A stretch of 64,000 nt of DNA from contig NW_003314301.1 in assembly GCF_000143415.4 (NCBI RefSeq), positions 1,294,981 to 1,358,980 on the forward strand, given 5' to 3'. This DNA is from Selaginella moellendorffii. Its lineage: Eukaryota > Plantae > Lycopodiophyta. Made by a program: the position numbers and the translations under genes. Position 1 is the stretch's first letter, and each line of letters begins with the position of its first letter. The notes below the pieces were generated by a model. That model did not search any database and was not told where the DNA came from. It was given only the letters and a program-made list of their open reading frames with translations. Below, one piece after another: positions 43,423-57,026 of the stretch.

Positions 43423-46400
43423 TGTGAGTGCTTGAAATATGGAAAGGGAATACAGAAAATATGCATATCAATTAACCCAAAAACCCTAACTTATATACAG
43501 AAGCAAGTAGTCTGGATTGAAACTAATCTGACAGCTACCAAAATCCCACTATGCTAATATTAGTATACGGCATCGTAGCCATATACTTGGCCCTCACATC
43601 ATCCCCTCCTCTCAGAATAATAGAAGACCATCAGGGTTCTTTTATAGATGGGCCAAGATCTGGAGGAACATCAAGAGGAGGCATTGGTGGATCTATAGGT
43701 GGTATTAATTGCTCCTAATCCCTTTATATAAAGTGTTTCAACCATTGCACATGCACAATCTCTAGAGGATCGGCCTGTTGGACGTTATGCCGAACCTCAT
43801 AAACTTGTGGTCCCACTTGCCACAACACCCGATATGGTACTTTTCAATAAGCAAGGAGTCACTTAGATAAACCACATACCATAAGATGGGGAAAACAGAC
43901 CAACATCAAGTCATCCACTTTGTACTCTGCAGGTGGACAATGATGGGAGTTGTAGTGCTGTTGTTGTCCCACTTATACACGGCTTAAGTGCTCGGTAGAC
44001 TTTGCTCGGATAAGTGGAAGAATGTTTGTCAAATACTGATCCCATAACCTAGCATCGGTAGCTCGTGGCAATCGCAAAGGTAAACCAAGCTCTATTGGTA
44101 ATATTGGATCATGACCATATAAAAGTTTATATGGTGAAACACCAATAGAACTCTACACCCCTATGACATATCCATATTGAAGAGACGGTAAATAACGATC
44201 CCAATCCGAATGCTGAAAGTTCACATACTTTGCGATCATCCCTTTGAACGTCTAAACGAGTCGTTTCACTAGACCATTTGACTGTGGGTAATAAGCACTC
44301 ATAAAAGTGTGGCATATCCCCAACCAAGACGTCAAAACATGAAATGCCTTGGCCATAAATGTGGGACCATTATCCGAAAGAATCCGCTCTGGACAAGATT
44401 GCTGGAACACCACTCGATTGAGGAGGAAGTATCCAACAACAGTTGCAGAGGCACTAGTAAGAGGACCAAGTCAAATAGTCAGAAGCAATAATAATATACT
44501 TATTACCAACAGTCAACTGTGGAAAAGGTCCCATAAGATCAAACGCCACCAACTCAAACAAATAGGAAACTGCAATCGACTCCAACCATCCTTTCGTGGC
44601 ACGAGGGGGAGTATTACAAACTTTGCACTAAACGCAGTTACGCACATACCGAATAATATCACATTGCATCTCCGGCCAATAGAAAGACTTGCACAGCTTT
44701 TGGTCATATGACGATGTCCCATATGCCCACCTAGAATAGGAGAATCATGGTAGGCATGTAGGAACCATGGAATAAAGATAGAAGGCACCACTAGCCATAA
44801 ATGATCATTAGAATCTGTCCCCACAAAATAAAGAAGGCCGTTTTCAAGGCAATATTGAGAATGTAAATGCCGGAAAGGCAATCATTAGCAAGTGATGTAG
44901 GATTCTCAAACTCATTTCAAAGCCTTCGAATCCACAACTCAATCTTTTGAGCCTCGCGAACCTCATCAAGAGAAGGTAGATCTTGTTCTGCGCCTTGTGG
45001 ACATTGAATGTCAAGTATAGCAACTGCCGTCGGCACAAAATCCTCGTCTAGAAAATCCACAGATGTTGGAACAACAGGCTTGTCAGAAACATGATAAGAG
45101 AGTGGAGAAGGAAGAGGAGCTCGAGAAAGGGTATCAGTATTAACTATAGAACTCCCTGGGTGATGAATAACATCAAAATCATATATCTAAAGCTTCAAAG
45201 CCCATCAAGTAGTACGACGAACTAGGTTCTTCTACTTCAATAATGAAGTAACAGCAACAAGTAACGTCTGAGAACCATATAGATATATATGAAGTTTCTT
45301 GAAACCCTAGACTGTTGCTAAACACTCCCTCTCTGTCGTGGAGTAGTTCATCTCTACTGATTGTAATGTACAGCTTATATACGCAATAGGATGGTGTTGA
45401 CCACGCACACTCGAGCTCTCTTGCATTAACACACCTCCAAGACCAATGTCATAAGCATCCACATGCAAAATAAAAAGTCGAGTATAGTCAGGATATGCCA
45501 AAACCGGAGAAGTTGTCAATAGCATTTTGAGATCCCCGAACGCCCACTCACAATCCGGAGACTAGATGAAAGATGATGATGATGACTTCAGCAATGCTCG
45601 CAATGGTGTAGTGCGATTAGAAAGATGATCCACAAAACAACCAAAATATTGCACCTTGCCCAAGAAGCGCTGGACATCATTCACACACTTCAGAGTAGGG
45701 AGCTTTAGAACAACCACAAATTTGTCAGAATCAACTTACAAACTTTCACGAGAAATATAGTACCTAAGATAAGTTGTGTCCTTGGACCCAAACACGCACT
45801 TCGACCGCTTCAACTTTAAACCAACGTCATGTAGCCGATCGAACACTTTACAAACATCACAAATGTGCTCCTCCCATGTCCTTTCCGAGTGGATCAAGAC
45901 ATCATTAATGAAGTTAGCAGTCACCTTTGGCATATCACAAAGAACCTCATCCATCATCTGCTGGAAAGTTGCTAAAGCATTATTCAAGCCAATGAATAAC
46001 AACCATTAAATGTTAGAATATTCAAGCATCACCAAGAACTTGTACAAACCAAATGGTGTACGAAAAGCAATCTTAAGAATATTTTTTTCAACTATTGGTA
46101 CTTGCCAGTACCCAAAAGCAAGATCTAACTTGGTGAACTAGCGATTTTGCCCTAGACGATCCAAAAGATCAGCAATGTGAGGAAGAAGGTACACATCCGA
46201 GATTGTCACTTTGTTTAACGGACGATAGTCGATGCAGAAACAAATACTCCCATTAGGCTTCGTCACAAGATGAGTTTCACATGCCCAAGGACTCCACGAC
46301 TTTTGAATAACACTCTTCTCCAACATCTCCTTGACATTTGCACGTAAAATCTTGATCTCTTTGGGTGACCAACGACGAACAGAAACCTTGATTGGACGAG

Positions 46401-48449
46401 CATCCTCGATTGGAATCGGATGACATATGGCAATCTTGGCCCCAGAAGATAAGTCAAATTCAAAGAGATCAGAATACTCCTTTATGAGTCAGTCAACCAC
46501 TGCAACACAAAGATTGTCAGAGGGATCAGAAAAGGGAAGAGTAGAATAAAATGGAAACACAGGAGGAAATAGTGGGGGAACAAAAGTAATGAAAGCAGAG
46601 GTAGAAATAGAGGGACAAAGAGGTATGGAAGTGAGAGGAATGGATAAAACATAAGGAAGTATGAAACAAGGGGGAGAAGCCTCAAAGTCACACTTGGCAT
46701 AATTGCGCTGCAACCAATTCATACCAAGAATGAGGTCAAAAGCTTGACTCGGCACCACCCGCAACGACTGTAGCTCAAGCTTGAGATCGCCCACATGTAT
46801 AACTATGTCTGCCTCATCCTGTGCACACGCATGTGTACTACCGTTGCCATAAAGTATGAAAACTGGTTCCATCGCATGACGCAAGTGTAGACGACAACGT
46901 GTAGCAACAGATCGAGCAATAGAAGATAAACTTGAACCTGTATCAACTAATATGGAGAGAAGAATAGGAGACCTCTTGTTATAAAAACAAGCTTGGAAAG
47001 TAAACACTAGATGAACCAATGCTAAGTGAACCCCTTGATGATACTCCCGAAAGAAAGATGGAAAGGTCACTAACTTATTTATGCAAGGTCCCTCCGTTAC
47101 TCATGCAACTCCTCATTTCCTGGATGCACCTCGGTGTCCAAACCTTCCATTGCAGCAGCACCAACGGGTTGTTGACGCCAAGGTCTCCACCCAAAAATGG
47201 AAGTTGCCAATCCAGAAAATGCCGACAACACCGATAACTATGACCAACTTCATCACATGCTCAACAGTAAACATCATGGCCACAACTACGTCCTCGCCCT
47301 TGTCCTTGGACTCGAGTAGTAACAACATCAACCTCCATTGGAATAGGACCATCACTCATAGAAAGTGGAGCTGAAGGATGTGTAGTGAGAAGTGGAAGAG
47401 GCGATATCTTATAACGTTGTGCCAAGTAAAGAGTGTCGTCAAGGGTGGCGGGAGCAAGTGCATACACAAGTCTAACAAGATCTTGACGAAGTGTTGGCCA
47501 CAACATTCCTAGTTTGATCCGCTCCGACATATTGGGTTCCGCACGAAGTAAAAAACTTCGGAAACGAACGCCAAATTACATCATTGACTCAGATGGCTCT
47601 TGGCGAAGACGATGCAATTGTTGGAAGGCATCATCACAATTGTCAGCATGTTTGAAGGTGCGTTTGAAGATGTCCGGGATGCATTTGTAGACAATGCAAT
47701 TGGGTCCAAGTCCACTCCAATCACACTCTAATCCCTATCAAACTATTGTACCATTGCAATGCCGTCCCTTGAAAACATGTGAGAAACTCATGCAAACGTC
47801 GAGCATCATCCCAAGAATGATATGTGGCAATCACTGTAAAGTGATTGAACCAATGGTACACATCATCCCTAGGATTTCCATAAAAGAACTCCAACCGAAC
47901 GTAAGGATTAGCACCAAGAGTAGGAGGAGTTGTACCACATGCCGTGAATGCAGCTATCAATTAAGTTTGGTTGTTCAATTGCAAACACATAGCATCAAGC
48001 AATTAGACTAACTATTGCTCTAGAGTCAGAGGAAATTATTGATCTGCCATGAAGATGAATAAAAAAGAAAGAGCAAAAGAAGAGAAATGATAAAAAGCTA
48101 AAAGGAAATGGTAGATCTAGACAATGCAAAAAGCTAGATTTAAACCAAAATCCTAAAAGGGAAGAACAAAAGAAGGAAATAGAAAAAGTTAGATTTAGAC
48201 GATGCAAAAGCTAGATCTAAACAAAAATCCCAAATTCAAGCATTCCTCAGGGATAATCAAAGGTGCCCTTCGTCTCCACCAATGTGAGTGCTTAGAATAT
48301 ATATAGAAAATGTGCATATCAATTAGCCCAAAAACCCTAGTTTATATACAGGAGCGAGTGGTTCGAATTGAAACCAATCCGACATCTACCAAAATCCTAC
48401 TACACTAATATTAGTATATAGCATTGTAGCCGTACACTTGGCCCTCACA
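43423..48449 (-). mobile_element. Full-length but degenerate Ty3/gypsy element (element D) with short LTRs and no chromodomain
   Basis: LTRs 43423-43598 and 48283-48449; PBS rc TGGTGGAGACG; PPT rc GAGAGGAGGGGA; gag, protease LVDTGSS, RT (CIDYRPLNKVT), RNaseH (LHVDAYDIGLGGVL), integrase; TSD ATAT. Confidence 0.92.
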
Positions 48450-49558
48450 ATATCAGAAATTAAATTTTTACAAATATCTAGTTTTTGTTATTTTTAATTA
48501 TTTTATCATTTTTATTTTATTTTTATATATAATTATTTATTAATACCTTATATGTCGCGAATGTGACTTCGGGTATCGAAAGTTACCTGTCGACTAGTCC
48601 TTTCGGATATTCTTTCCTTACTGCCACGATGGCAGGAGGTCGGTATTGCTGGACCCGTTATCAGTTTCCCACTTGAGCTAGTTGAGAAACTGGTCAATGA
48701 CCGTGTACTTAGATCGGATAAACATAAGGTAGGAACCCTATGTGTTTCTTGCTGAGCATACTCGGCCTGGTTTGAGAAACTCCTGTCATTGGCTTGCACT
48801 TGCTAGTATCAAGAACCCCCGTGATATTGAGATTGGTCCCTCAATATTGCTAGATGATAGCTTACCGTGTCTGCCAAACACCCTCGCTATCATGCCCTTT
48901 GTGTTAGTCTCATTTCGGTCCCAAATACTATTTATGGAAAGTGTCCAGATTTGCTCATTTGGCATATCTATGGAATGTAGAGATCGGCTTGAACACAATG
49001 GTGTTCGTCCCGTGTCCAAATTCGCAATCTAGGGACATTCCATATTTAGTAAATTTCGAGCTTGTCCCAGAGACTAACTCCTGATACTAAAGGAGGGTGA
49101 AAGACCAAAGCGTGTGTTCCTCAAAGGGGGGGGGCTGTGGGGGGTTCCAAATGTATAGTAGGGATAGTGGGTAGGTCGGGCATGGCCGACCAACCTGAGG
49201 CATAGTCTAGCTCCCGCTTGCGTGCCTGTCCTTGTTCTGCGTCCAGCTTGGGTCTAAGCCCAAGTTCCATTCCATGCTAGTTGGTGGAGTACCCATATCC
49301 TCACGTTAGGCCACCGGTATGCCGAAATAGCGCCAGACTCTGTTTGGCTCCGTTTTGCGTGCTGGTCTTGGCATTGGGATGCTGGTTGCTCTAGGACTGT
49401 TCCAAGTCGCTCCGGGCTCCTGTCCCTTCGCTCCTTGGGCTTCATGCTCGGGAGTTGCTCTGTGGTTCGGTTCTGTCACTCCTTGGCTCTATGCTTGGGA
49501 GTTTGGCACCGTTCCTTCGTTCAGTGGCCCAAGGCCCTGAACCTCGGGTTCCTATGGA

Positions 49559-49607
49559 CACGTGGCATGGACACGTGGCATGTGACACGTGGCATCTGTC
49601 ACGTGGC
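49559..49607 (+). promoter_or_regulatory. Cluster of four G-box/ABRE motifs (CACGTGGC) in element F 5' LTR
   Basis: CACGTGGC at 49559, 49572, 49586 and 49600; function untested. Confidence 0.6.
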
Positions 49608-52600
49608 ACAAAGAGGGTTTAGGTTCCGCTTCGTGGTGTTATCCTATGGTAAATCACCATAGGATAAAGGGTCAAAACCACGTGCGCTACATTTGGTATC
49701 AGAGGATGAGTCTCAGCGAGTACTATTCAATGAGATTGGGCAACTAGTCTCGTTGCATACGCAGAGATGAAAACGATGATCCGAGTGGGTACACGTTTGG
49801 CAAAAAGGGTTCACATTCGTTCCTTGGGTATGGTTTTGGTTACCTTTTGTACCTAATAATGTGAGCTTGCTCTTGGGCTCATATGATGGATTTGAGATGC
49901 TCCGTTAGCACGAGTTTACGCTTAGGCTCGTGTGTGAGGCACATTAGCAACTTGAGGTTACACTTTGAGTTGGCAGGATTAATGTTAGCCTATCGGTGGT
50001 TCCATGAGTTGTTCCGTGTACCGTTGGTAAAAGCAAACCTTCCCTGAGTTTGCTATGAGTGGCAAATAGGCTGGACCATAGCTGTTTAGCACGGCACTAG
50101 TGGATCCTTCCTTGGCATGGTTACAAGTGGATCAATCAAGTCTATAGGGATAAGTCTATTGATTCAAGTAATCATTGCCGTGCTCTCTCATAAACTTTTC
50201 TTGGATTGGACTGAAGGCAGTGCGAATGCAAGCTTAAGGTTTAGTCAAAAACGAGATCGAAAAGAGAGTCATCAGGGACGGAGGATCAAATACGTAAATC
50301 ATTTTCTCTCCCTGGAGATATGATTTGCAACGAGGTATGACTTATTGCTCGTGTTCACATTATGCAATCAAGAGTCCCTATCTGCATGTTGATTATGATA
50401 GTCTTACAAGTGGTGAGTCATGGGATGAATAGTGGTGAAGCATTATACCATTTTGTCTAGACTTGCTATTGGAAGACTTGAGTTACAATGCTCAATTCTT
50501 TTACCGGGAACCTTGCTATTGCTCCTTGAGTAGCTTGGTGTTGGATTAGTTTTGAGTTTTGTCGGAAAGAGAGTGGCATGAACTTGTCCGTGTTGTGAAC
50601 AAAAGTTGGTGGTGTTCAGTGTTGTAAATCTCTATCGGTGGAGTGTGGCATTTATGTTGCATTTTGTCGAGTCGAGTTGACACTTGATACTCACATAAAC
50701 CTTTGAAGTAATGGCATTGGCATTGCTCATGGTGTTGCTCAATTGATGATCAAGTCATTGTGATTTCTATATCATATCCATGTAATAATGAGCAATATGT
50801 TTACGAAGTTGCTTGGTTAAACGATGATCAACCTCAAAGTGGTTGATGGTGAAGCTAGTCTACTTACATGTAGTAATATTGAAGTAGCTTTGACTAAGAT
50901 TCTCAATGGTGGTCCATTATGCTAAGCTTAAGTTGGTTCCTTGTTCCTTGAAGGGTTTGCCCATAAGGTGTTGGAAAAAGGGTTATAGCATTCATTTGCT
51001 ATAGCTTGTCGAATGATCTGTTAACACTTAGAGTAGATTGTTGGATGGAGAAGATGTGTAGTGGAGGCATTGACATCACTAGCATTTGTGTTAGTGGAAG
51101 TGGCATTGTTATTTTAAGTGATAAGGAAGATTCCTTAGAGCTTGATTTTCCATGTCATTTTTTCTTGTTAGTGTTTTAGCTTCACATTGGATCTTGAAGG
51201 TGGTTGAAGAAGAGTGTTAGTGCAATGTGGATATCCGAAGATGTGGTCTTCGTGATCAAGCCTTGGATGTTCCATTTGCATTTTACAGATGTCGGAGTTG
51301 GATGTTGAAAGTATGGGCAAAAAGATGTTCGAGGCTTAAGCATACTATGAGTCATGAGAATTTGTGTTGAGGTGAACCTATGTGAAGTTGTTGGTAGGAG
51401 GAAGTTGGTTGAGTCTTGAAAATTTGTATTCCTAGACTAAGAGTCATTCTTTCTCTAGAATGGAAAGATTTTCCACAAATTTTCTTAGACTTTTCCAATG
51501 GCTGATCTATTATCATTTTGTCCGAAAACCATTCCGTTTTCGAAAGCCAATACAAACTAGTGAAGGGGTTGGAGTTGACTTCGGTTGGCATAGATTTTAG
51601 TAAGTAGTTTGTATGATGTGGCCCAAAAGGGATGCTAACTTTTGGGGCTAAGGCAATTGAGTTGAATAGAGTCTGGAGTTAGTGCAAAAAAGTGGCCGTT
51701 GCACTTTTCTAGAAAGGTGACCCTTGTGCCTTTCTTTTGTAGCGTTATGCTTGGTGGCAGGTTGCACTTTGCATTTCGTTAGACTCTATGAGAGTAGTGA
51801 GCTCTCACTGATCTTGACTTGGTCTTGGTGGCCCTGCGCCTTGGCTGAGGATGGTGATGTTCAACTTAGTTGTTTGAGTTTGAGATGTTGGTACCCGTAC
51901 TATAGCTTTGTCTATGAGGAGGTTGTGTACCAACATGAGTCCATCTCATGGTCTTCACTTGAGTTTTGACTTAGTGTTGATTATGTGTAGCTAGCTTCTT
52001 TAAGGCATACTCGGAGCTGTTGGCTAAATGCATTAGTGAGCTTATTGCGGTTGAGTTGGAGTCGAGTGGTCATTTAGTTTGTGTTTGTCCATGAACGTTT
52101 ATCTCGACCTGGGGTATCACGTTCATGTTGGACAAGTATATGACTCGATGGCATGAGTTTAGTGTTTGAGTCTTGTGAAGGCAAGTTGAGGGGTGATTGT
52201 TAGTTGCTTTGCGACTAGTGATTGCTTGTAAACTTTGTCGAAAGACTATGACACTTGCTTTACTCGATGATGATTTAGCAGTGATGGGCTTGCTTTGCCG
52301 GATGGTGTTGCGGAGGATCATGTTGTTAAACTTACATGGGTTCTCCATGCTGGCATGTCGACTCTACCTCTGTTGATATCATTTGGTTGCGTTTAGTTCA
52401 TAGTGTTGGATTTCATTGAGTCTTAGACGTGGTGATTCACTCCTTGAGGAAGTGTTATCTATAACTGAGTTTTGCTAAAGGATTGGTCTCGGATACTAAC
52501 TAAAGTATCTTCGACCTTGGTTAGCTTGGTTGCTAGAGAGCTTTGAGTGGTGACACACTCGTGCTTTCTTTTAGCTTTGTTCTAGTGTTGATGGCATTGA

Positions 52601-55161
52601 AGTGATGCCTTGTCGTTGACATTGTTGATGTTGAGATTTTAGTGAAATGAGATGTCTCTCCGCAAGATTGATGTCGAGTTTCATTAGTTTTGATGAAGAT
52701 AGTGTCGATGATTTGGCTATAGCTTTGTGTTATTAGCATTCGTGCATTTGTTAGTTAGCAACTGTGTTGACGTTCAAATGAACTGAGTGGCAAGTTTGAG
52801 CTAATTGTGTTCTAGACGAAATTATTTAGTAGGGGTTGAGCTTTGAGCTTTTCCTTGAAAAGTGATTCAGTCATGGACTATACTAGCTTTACAAGATGAA
52901 GAGTTAGTGATTGATATTGAAGATGTTGGTCCCTTGTTGGGTTTGCATTGGGATATAACAATCATTGATGATTCTTTTTGTGCTTGTTATGACGTGAGTT
53001 ACGTCTTGCTATAGATGGATTCATGGAGGATCGTTTGGTGATCACTTGTTGAGCATAGCTTCGTTATGCTAGCTTTTGGATTGATGCAAATATACTCTTC
53101 ATTAGCTTTAGCATTATGAAGTTTAGCTTATGGATGTGTTGAGGAGGATATTGTGGGTTGTACCATGATTTCTTCTTTAGCATTGAAGTTAGTTCATGTA
53201 AGACTTGTGATCATTATTAGACAAGACTTGGCTATAGACTTCTTCGAGCTTTTGGTTCTTTGAGTTTTATGCTCATTGTTCTATTTGTTAGAAGTTGTTG
53301 GGGAAGACATTTTGGCTTGTTAGCTTCTATGAAGTTAGTATTTGCATCTAGCAATCATTGGTGATGATTGACTATCATCTAGGGTAGTTGATTATCCTTA
53401 TCACAAGTTTTGCTTGATTATTGTTGATATAGAATGATTTGCCATTCTACGGGATGGTGGATTCCTTCTTTGACAATGATTATGCATCTCTTTATTAATG
53501 GGATGATTGACAATCTTTCATGATAGTTAGTTGTTCTCTTTGATGGCTTTTGGCTTTTCGCAATACCACATGTTCTTTGTGGTTTGCTCTGGATTGGTCT
53601 CTTGGGTTTGAGACATCAATAGGATGTTCCTGACACTTGCTTAGGCAACTTCAGTTCCTTAGTATTGTTGACCGGGATCTATTTAGATTTGCTTTTGCGA
53701 TAATTGGCATGAACGAGTGTTTGTTGGTTTTACCATATTCATTCTGTTTTGTTGATCATTGCTTGAGTTAGTTCTGATAGATTGGGATGTTATTACCTTT
53801 GGGTGATACATTCGCGAGCATTGTGCTTGTTAGTCAATGATACTTTGTGTTCTTTGAGTTATCTCTAGTAAATTGTTCGCTTACTATCTACTATCTTCGG
53901 TAGTTAAGTTTCATCATCGAGTTTCCTTGATGATATACTTGCTATTGAATTTTGTTGGATGGTGCATTCTATGGTTTCCAATGATAGTGATCTTGGTGGT
54001 TACTACTAGTTTATCGGATGATAACTTGCTTGGAATACTTTTGTGTTCTACTCTAAGATATAATCACTGATAATTAAGCTTCTAAGATATCATTGTCTAT
54101 GACTTTGATATTGTTCATCTATTGATCTTTGAGTTTGGGCCAGTAATAGGCAGATTGGCTTCGGCACTTCGTGTGCATGTTGAAATCTCTAGTCATGGGG
54201 TAGCTACTGTCGACTGGCCACGATGGCAGGAGATCGGTATTGCTGGACCCGTTATCAGTTTCCCACTTGAGCTAGTTGAGAAACTGGTCAATGACCGTGT
54301 ACTTAGATCGGATAAACATAAGGTAGGAACCCTATGTGTTTCTTGCTGAGCATACTCGGCCTGGTTTGAGAAACTCCTATCATTGGCTTGCACTTGCTAG
54401 TATCAAGAACCCCTGTGATATTGAGATTGGTCCCTCAATATCGCTAGATGATAGCTTACCGTGTCTGCCAAACACCCTCGCTATCATGCCCTTTGTGTTA
54501 GTCTCATTTCGGTCCCAAATACTATTTATGGAAAGTGTCCAGATTTGCTCATTTGGCATATCTACGGAATGTAGAGATCAGTCTGAACACAATGGTGTTC
54601 GTCCCGTGTCCAAATTCGCAATCTAGGGACATTCCATATTTAGTAAGTTTCGAGCTTGTCCCAGAGACTAACTCCTGATACTAAAGGAGGCTTGGGGTGA
54701 AAGCCCAAAGCGTGTGTTCCTCAAGGGGGGGGGGGGGCTGTGGGGGGTTCCAAATGTATAGTAGGGATAGTGGGTAGGTCGGGCATGGCCGACCAACCTG
54801 AGGCATAGTCTAGCTCCCGCTTGCGTGCCTGTCCTTGTTCTGCATCCGGCTTGGGTCTAAGCCCAAGTTCCATTCCATGCTAGTTGGTGGAGTACCCATA
54901 TCCTCACGTTAGGCCACTGGTATGCCGAAATAGCGCCAGACTCTGTTTGGCTCCGTTTTGCGTGCTGGTCCTGGCATTGGGATGCTGGTTGCTCTAGGAC
55001 TGTTCCAAGTCGCTCCGGGCTCCTGTCCCTTCGCTCCTTGGGCTTCATGCTCGGGAGTTGCTCTATGGTTCGGTTCTGTCACTCCTCGGCTCTATGCTTG
55101 GGAGTTTGGCACCGTTCCTTCGTTCAGTGGCCCAAGGCCCTGAACCTCGGGTTCCTATGGA

Positions 55162-55196
55162 CACGTGGCATGGACACGTGGCATCTGTCACGTGGC
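55162..55196 (+). promoter_or_regulatory. Cluster of three G-box/ABRE motifs in element F 3' LTR
   Basis: CACGTGGC at 55162, 55175 and 55189. Confidence 0.6.
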
Positions 55197-57026
55197 ACAA
55201 AGAGGGTTTAGGTTCCGCTTCGTGGTGTTATCCTATGGTAAATCACCATAGGATAAAGGGTCAAAACCACATGCGCTACATTATATATTTACATATAGTA
55301 TATTATAATATATTACATATAAATATAAATATTTTAATTTATAAAAAATTTAACTAAAAAATAATAAATTATTTATTATTTGGAAAATCTATTTAGGAGG
55401 ATGAAATAGTAAGACACATGAGAAAAACTCTAACTACAACATAGTCTAAGAAGAATGAAAGGTTTTAATAATTACAGTTCCAGCAAAAAGTTGCATCGTA
55501 TAGATCTTTAAAGAGGATAAATTATAAAAAAAAAAATTGCTAAAATGACCAAAACAGTTTTTAAAGAAGAAATGTTACCCATCAATTACAAAGAAAAAAA
55601 AGGGAAATCTTGATAAATTTCTTGGAAGCTTTCAAAGAGAAAGAGAGGTAACTCTTCAACTCTCTAGTGATGGACTTAAAAAGAGCTGGGAAAAAAGAAA
55701 AGACAAAAGAATGGCAGACCATGGGAAAATAAATTCTAATTTATCAAAATTTAAACCTCTAGATCAATGCTTCCTTGAGAAAAGCTTTCACCATGGAAGC
55801 GATCCCCTATCCAAGAAAATCCGACCATCTGAGTGTCATGTAGAGCTAGAGTAAATTGGTTGTAAAAAATATCACTCATTTTAAACAGGCACTGAACTAA
55901 ACTCCTCCAAGTTGGCAGACAAGCCAAGCTATCAGATTATATCACTATCTAAAAACTGAGAATTCTAGCTGAACTTCAAAACCCTAAGGTCAACATGGCG
56001 GGAGTCCGCTGGCTGAATGGAACCAACGCTCTGAAAAACCCGGGAGAATTTAAATTTGTATTTACTTTAGAAAATACAATTTCAAAACCCAAGAAAAAGA
56101 GGAAACGTTTGAATGGGATAATCTTGGGGCGTGTATAAAACCAACCAATTCGTGAGGTGCACTCAAAGACTGGGCTCTTTGATGGGAGCCATGGCCACTG
56201 GCCATGACCGTACGGAGAATGTACGAACCCGAGCCTGGCCCAGGCCCGGCAGCGGTTTTGCGGTTTTGTTAATCTTGGGCGAGCGGTTAAGTCAAAAAAG
56301 GATGGTTTTTACCCTCGAATTCTTATCACGGGAATATCTCGGCCGTCGGATCGCCTCCGTACGGCACGCCGACGGACGTGATCATCCGGGGGTGACCGGC
56401 AGTTGCCGGTGGTGTACCTCATCTCCCCGTATCTCTCATTTTCCGGTAGACCCTATACCCTATGTTTTTTGTGTGTTCTTCGATGTTGCGAGGTTTTTCT
56501 TCTCCGCAGTGATCTCCCCCTCGCTTCTTCTTCCAAGATCTTCGACGAGGCGGCGTAATTTCGCGGGCGCGATCCGGTTGCGTGCGCGATCTGTTCACGC
56601 CCCAATTCGCCCAGATTCGGGCAGAGGTTTATGGTTTACCGGGGGTTCTGCCAATGATACAGTATCGAGGCGCGGCAATTGGAGCAAGATCTGCGCTGCC
56701 GGCAGCCGATTGATCCCAGCTTCCCCTGGAATGTGAGTATTTTCCTGGAATGGATCCACAGAATCGAGGCAGTGGGAGCGCTAGGTTATTGGGATACACG
56801 AGTAGGCTCGCCAGGCCGCGGTCAATGCGTGCGCGACGAGTGCGCTGTCTCAAGGTTTGTATCGTTCTTCCATTTGAGCGGAATTTTCGAAAGAAGAGAG
56901 GAAAAATATTTTGCTACTAATTTCGTGGGTTTGTCTTCCAGGAGAAGAGCGGTACGATCCAGCAAGTGAAGCAAGGTACGGAGTTCTTTGAACTTCTGGC
57001 AGCGGTTGCTGGGCAGTTCCTTCAAG

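Larger units (their letters stand above)
48553..55280 (+). mobile_element. Non-autonomous LTR retrotransposon (LARD-like, element F)
   Basis: 5' LTR 48553-49691, PBS TGGTATCAGAG 49694-49704, near-identical 3' LTR ~54208-55280 (lacks its first few tens of bp), TSD TTATA; 4.5-kb T/G-skewed interior with no long ORF. Confidence 0.88.

Noticed and set aside
50240-50300. Hammerhead ribozyme / retrozyme (CTGATGA on minus strand)
   Set aside because: No stem II followed by GAAA; no hammerhead core seen in any LTR.
55900-56150. Telomerase RNA or other Pol III ncRNA near TRFL (AAACCCTAA)
   Set aside because: No convincing USE+TATA promoter; the motif is explained as a common telo-box.
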